Assembly: GCF_963921235.1 (NCBI RefSeq)
Contig: NC_086097.1
Span: 171,866,001-171,930,000 of the forward strand
Origin: Mobula hypostoma
Taxonomy: Eukaryota
Length of the DNA: 64,000 bases
Direction: 5' to 3'
Part shown: piece after piece, positions 59,270 through 64,000 of the stretch
How positions within the stretch are numbered: position 1 is the first letter of the stretch
Layout of the letters: each line of letters begins with the position of its first letter
Translations under genes and position numbers: made by a program
The notes under the pieces: model-generated
What the model was told of the DNA's origin: nothing
The model's input: the letters and a program-made list of their open reading frames with translations, nothing else
The model's database searches: none

Positions 59270-62160
59270 GTCAGTCATAGAGTTATAGAGGCATACAGTA
59301 TGGAGACAGGCCATTCAGCTCAACCTGTCCATTCCAAACAAACTGTCCACTTAGGCTAGTCCCACTTCACTGCATCTTAAGACCATAAGACCAAGAATCA
59401 GGCCATCTGGCTGCTCCACCATTCAATCACAACTGATTTTTTAAAAAGTTTCAGCTCCATTCTCCCACCTTCACCTCATAACCAATAATCCTCCTACCAG
59501 TCAGGAGCCTATCAATCTCCGCTTGAAATGCACCCAATGACATGATCATGGCAATGAATTACACATTTTCCCGCTACTTTTCCTATCCATCCACCTGTCT
59601 TTTTAATATTATAATTGTAATTGTAACTGCCTCCCCCACCACTTCCTCTGGCAGCTCAATCCACATACCCATGACCTTCTATGTAAAAATATTTCCCTTC
59701 CGATCCCCCTTAAAAACTTCTGCTCTCAGATTAAACATATGACCTCCAGTTTTAGACTCCTGCACCCTGTAAAATTGCTGTGACCATTCAGTTTATCGCT
59801 GCCCCTCACAATTTTGTAAACCTCGATACGGTCACCCCTCAGCCTCTATCTCTCCAAGGAAAAAAACCCCAGCTTATCCCGGTTCTCCTTACAAACCCTT
59901 TTAGATACAGTAACATCCTCACAAATCCACCCTTAACAGTAAGGTGCTGAGATAACCTCCAGTTCTCTATTCAACACAATCTTTCTAGTATAGGGCATTT
60001 CATGAATTAATTTATCAGTGAAAAATATTTGAATCAAAGAATCATGGTACTATTGGAGCAGAGAGGAAGGCATTCAGGCCACCAAACCTCCCAGCAACAT
60101 ATACAGCAATCTGTTCAGTCCCTGCCCCTGTACCTTCCCATAGTCTTGCATATCATTCCTCCTTGACTCCATTGAATTCCTTTTCAAGTCACAAATTAAT
60201 ACTGCTTCCCCATTACTTCAGTTCCAGATCATATGACATATCTTTTGGACACAGGAGCAGAAATTTGCCATTCAGCCCATCGAGGCTGCTCTGCCATTTG
60301 ATCTTGGCAGATTTATTTTCCCTCTCAACTCCACTCCCCTGTCTTCTCCCTGTAACATTTGATGCTCTTTCCTGATCAAAAAACTATCAAATTCCACAAA
60401 AAAATCCATGCAGTGACCCAACCTCTACACCCATCTATGAGAATCAATGATGTGGATTCTCCACCATCTGGCTAAAGAAATTCCTCCTCGTCTCTGTTCT
60501 AAAGGGATGTCCTATTCTGAGGATGCGACATCTGGCCCTAGACTTCCTCACTGCAGCAAACACGCTCTCCACATCCATTCTATCTAGGCCTTTCCATAAT
60601 CAGTTAGTTTTAATGAGATCCCTTAAGCAAGTACAGGCACAGGGCTATCAAGTGCTCCACATAGATTGACCCTTTCATTCCCAGGTTCCTTCTCATAAAT
60701 CTCCCCTGGATCCTCTCCAATCGCAGCATATCCTTTCTTAGATACGAAGCCCAAAACTCTCCAGATGTGGTCTGCCTTATAAAGTCACAGCATTATATCT
60801 TTGGTTTTATATTCTAGTCCTCTCAAAATGAATGCTCACATTGCATTTGCTTTCCTTACTACTGAGTCAACATGCAAGTTAACCTTTAGGGAATACTATA
60901 CTAGGGCATTGAAGTCGCTTTGCACCTCTGATTTCTGAATTTGCTCCCTGTTTATTTTCTAATGCCTTTATTCCTCCTATAAAAGTGTACTGTCATATCA
61001 GGGGCAGCTCGGTAGCGTAGTGGTTAGCCCAACATTTTACATTACAGGTGACCCGGATTCAATTCCCACCACAGCCTATAAGGAGTTTGAACGTTCTCCC
61101 CAGGTGACCGCTGGGTTTCCTCCAGGTGCTCTGGTTTCCTCCCACAGTCCAAAGACATACCAGTTGGTCAGCTAATTGGCCATTGTAAGTTGTCCTGTGA
61201 TTAGGCTAGGATTAAATCAGAGGATTGCTGGGCAGCACAACTGGAAGGGCCAGAAGGGCCTACTCCGCACTGTATGTCAATAAATGAATAAATGCTCTTC
61301 CCTACACTGCATTTCACCTGCCACTTCCTTGCCTGTTCTAATTGGTCCGAGTCATTCTGCCGACTCCTCACGTCCCCAACACTACCCGTCCCTCCACTTT
61401 ATGGTCTTCTGAATTATAGAGACCATTTGTAGAGACTGCTGTCTACACTATTGGAAAGGGTGCAGAGGAGGTTCACCAGAATGTTGCCTGGATGGGATGT
61501 CTCGGTTATGAGGGGATTCTGGATAGGCTGAACGGAGGAGGCTGAGGGGAGGACCAAAAAGAAAGCTAGGAGGGGTACATAATCAACATTGCAAATACTT
61601 TTCTTCCATGGCTGTGATGTCTAAGACAAGATAGCATGAGTTTTAGGTGAGGTGCTTAGTGACAATCTGAGGGAGATTTGTTTTTACACAGTTTGTGGTT
61701 GGAATCTGGAATACGTTGTATGAGGGTGATGGAGGCAGAGACATCCTCAACTTTTAAGAAGCATTTAGACAGCACTTGAGGTTCACTGAAGCATAGAAAG
61801 CTCAGGAACTTATGCGGGGAAATGGGATTAGTGTAGTTGGGTGCAACAGTCAGCATGAACAGAACATAGAGCACAGAACTGTAAGCATAGTAACCGGCCC
61901 CTTGCTCCATGAAATAGAAGAAAATAAATTAATAATCAAATGTCCAAATAAATGCATCCCTTCGGCCTGCACGTCATCATATGTCTCTATTTCCTGCACA
62001 TTCACATGCCCATCTAAGAGCCTCTTGAACACTTCTGCTCCAGTTGCATTCACCACCACCCCAGAAGCACTTTCCAGGCACCCACTACTCTCTGTGTAAA
62101 ACACTTGCCATACATATGCCTCTGGAATTTACCCTCTCTCACTTTAAATGCATCTGTTGA
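59270..62160. mobile_element. Cluster of old CR1 3' fragments in both orientations
   Basis: Several degenerate CR1 tails and RT C-terminal remnants, at about 59270-59930, 60230-60990, 61440-61860 and 61860-62160. Confidence 0.6.
61000..61292 (+). mobile_element. Near-complete V-SINE
   Basis: A-box TAGCGTAGTGG, B-box GGATTCAATTCCC, V-domain GGGTTTCCTCCAGGTGCTCTGGTTTCCTCCCACAGTCCAAAGAC and an AATAAA-type tail. Confidence 0.8.
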
Positions 62161-62169
62161 AAGGAATGG

Positions 62170-62574
62170 TTCACAGGGACATTCCTCCCCACCATCAGTA
62201 GTATCAACAGAAGCACTACTTCAAAAATGCAACATCAAAGATCCCCACCATCTGGGCCATGCTATCTACTCACAGTTACTACCAGGCAGAAGGTACAAAT
62301 GTCTAAAGTCCCACACCAGCAGGTTCAAGAACAGCCATTTCCCTTCAACCATCCTTGAGCCAACTGGCAAAATCATAATGACTATAGTTCAGCAACATTA
62401 TGATCACATTGCACTAAAATGGACTCCTTTTTGTTTCTCTCTACTTGTGTTCTTTCTTGTAACAAAAGTGTTTTATTTATGTTTAATTTATGCCTTTCTT
62501 GAGAATGTGCTTGTATGATGCTATTTGCCAGTGATACTGTAGCAAGTAAGTTTTTCCTTGGGGTAGTATATACA
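62170..62574 (+). mobile_element. Rex1/Babar-like 3' fragment whose tail is displaced to about 63849-63875 by a CR1
   Basis: IKDPHHLGHAIYSQLLPGRRYKCLKSHTSRFKNSHFP. ATGAC is repeated at both CR1 junctions. Confidence 0.75.
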
Positions 62575-63848
62575 TGACGAATCTCATAGAATTTTTTGAG
62601 GATGTAACTAGTAGAGTGGATAGGGGAGAACCAGTGGATGTGGTATATTTGGATTTTCAAAAGGCTTTTGACAAGGTCCCACACAGGAGATTAGTGTGCA
62701 AACTTAAAGCACACGGTATTGGGGGTAAGGTATTGGTGTGGGTGGAGAATTGGTTAGCAGACAGGAAGCAAAGAGTGGGAATAAACGGGACCTTTTCAGA
62801 ATGGCAGGCAGTGACTAGTGGGGTACCGCAAGGCTCAGTGCTGGGACCCCAGTTGTTTACAATATATATTAATGACTTGGATGAGGGAATTAAATGCAGC
62901 ATCTCCAAGTTTGCGGATGACACGAAGCTGGGTGGCAGTGTTAGCAGTGAGGAGGATGCTAAGAGGATGCAGGGTGACTTGGATAGGTTGGGTGAGTGGG
63001 CAAATTCATGGCAGATGCAATTTAATGTGGATAAATGTGAAGTTATCCACTTTGGTGGCAAAAATAGGAAAACAGATTATTATCTGAATGGTGGCCGATT
63101 AGGAAAAGGGGAGGTGCAACGAGACCTGGGTGTCATTATACACCAGTCATTGAAAGTGGGCATGCAGGTACAGCAGGCGGTGAAAAAGGCGAATGGTATG
63201 CTGGCATTTATAGCGAGAGGATTCGAGTATAGGAGCAGGGAGGTACTACTGCAGTTGTACAAGGCCTTGGTGAGACCACACCTGGAGTATTGTGTGCAGT
63301 TTTGGTCCCCTAATCTGAGGAAAGACATCCTTGCCATAGAGGGAGTACAAAGAAGGTTCACCAGATTGATTCCTGGGATGGCAGGACTTTCATATGAAGA
63401 AAGACTGGATGAACTGGGCTTGTACTCGTTGGAATTTAGAAGATTGAGGGGGGATCTGATTGAAACATATAAGATCCTAAAGGCATTGGACAGGCTAGAT
63501 GCAGGAAGATTGTTCCCGATGTTAGGGAAGACCAGAACGAGGGGCCACAGTTTGAGGATAGAGGGGAAGCCTTTTAGGACCGAGATTAGGAAAAACTTCT
63601 TCACACAGAGAGTGGTGAATCTGTGGAATTCTCTGCCACAGGAAACTGTTGAGGCCAGTTCATTGGCTATATTTAAGAGGGAGTTAGATATGGCCCTTGT
63701 GGCTACGGGGGTCAGGGGGTATGGAGGGAAGGCTGGGGCGGGGTTCTGAGTTGGATGATCAGCCATGATCATAATAAATGGCGGTGCAGGCTCGAAGGGC
63801 CGAATGGCCTACTCCTGCACCTATTTTCTATGTTTCTATGTTTCTATG
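62575..63848 (+). mobile_element. 5'-truncated young CR1 (family A) with an uninterrupted 391-codon RT frame
   Basis: [29 protein letters not shown] and FADD are open to the natural stop. (TTTCTATG)n tail. Confidence 0.96.
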
Positions 63849-64000
63849 ACAATAAACATGACTTTGATTTTGACATTTTAGGTTGAAACCCTGGACACAT
63901 ATGATTATGTGGTTGATGGTCAGCATGAATTCAATGGGCAGAAGGGTCTGTCCATTTCTTTCTGGTAGAAAGGTGAGAGTTCATCACCTTTTTGATGTGT

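Noticed and set aside
61000..61075. tRNA gene
   Set aside because: A and B boxes are present, but there is no full cloverleaf and it runs into the SINE V-domain. It is a SINE head.
63080..63772. Long antisense ORFs over CR1 copies (also 9400-10044, 47365-47769, 48903-49343)
   Set aside because: They are reverse-frame shadows of CR1 ORF2 that recur in each copy, with no independent evidence of being genes.

Overview
Repeat-saturated vertebrate genomic DNA with no recognisable host gene, rRNA, tRNA gene or CRISPR array. The repeat mix suggests a cartilaginous fish (shark/ray), but that is inference. It includes CR1 LINEs with (TTTCTATG)n tails, Penelope-like elements (PLEs), Rex1/Babar-like LINEs, V-SINEs and Deu-domain SINEs. 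Most of the window is nested transposable elements. These are: four young CR1 copies plus a second CR1 family; several PLEs carrying minimal hammerhead ribozyme motifs; a decayed Gypsy provirus with three or more nested insertions; three solo LTRs with target-site duplications (TSDs); a Harbinger-like MITE; an internally deleted hAT; several non-coding TSD-flanked retroelements; and a 3' fragment of a HERO-like restriction-like-endonuclease retrotransposon. The most striking signal is in the 3' UTR of that HERO-like element (18399-18459, minus strand). It holds every hammerhead core nucleotide with perfect 6-bp stems I and III, but in a non-circularly permuted strand order. Family names come from recognising motifs by eye, not from database searches, and boundaries without a stated TSD are approximate.
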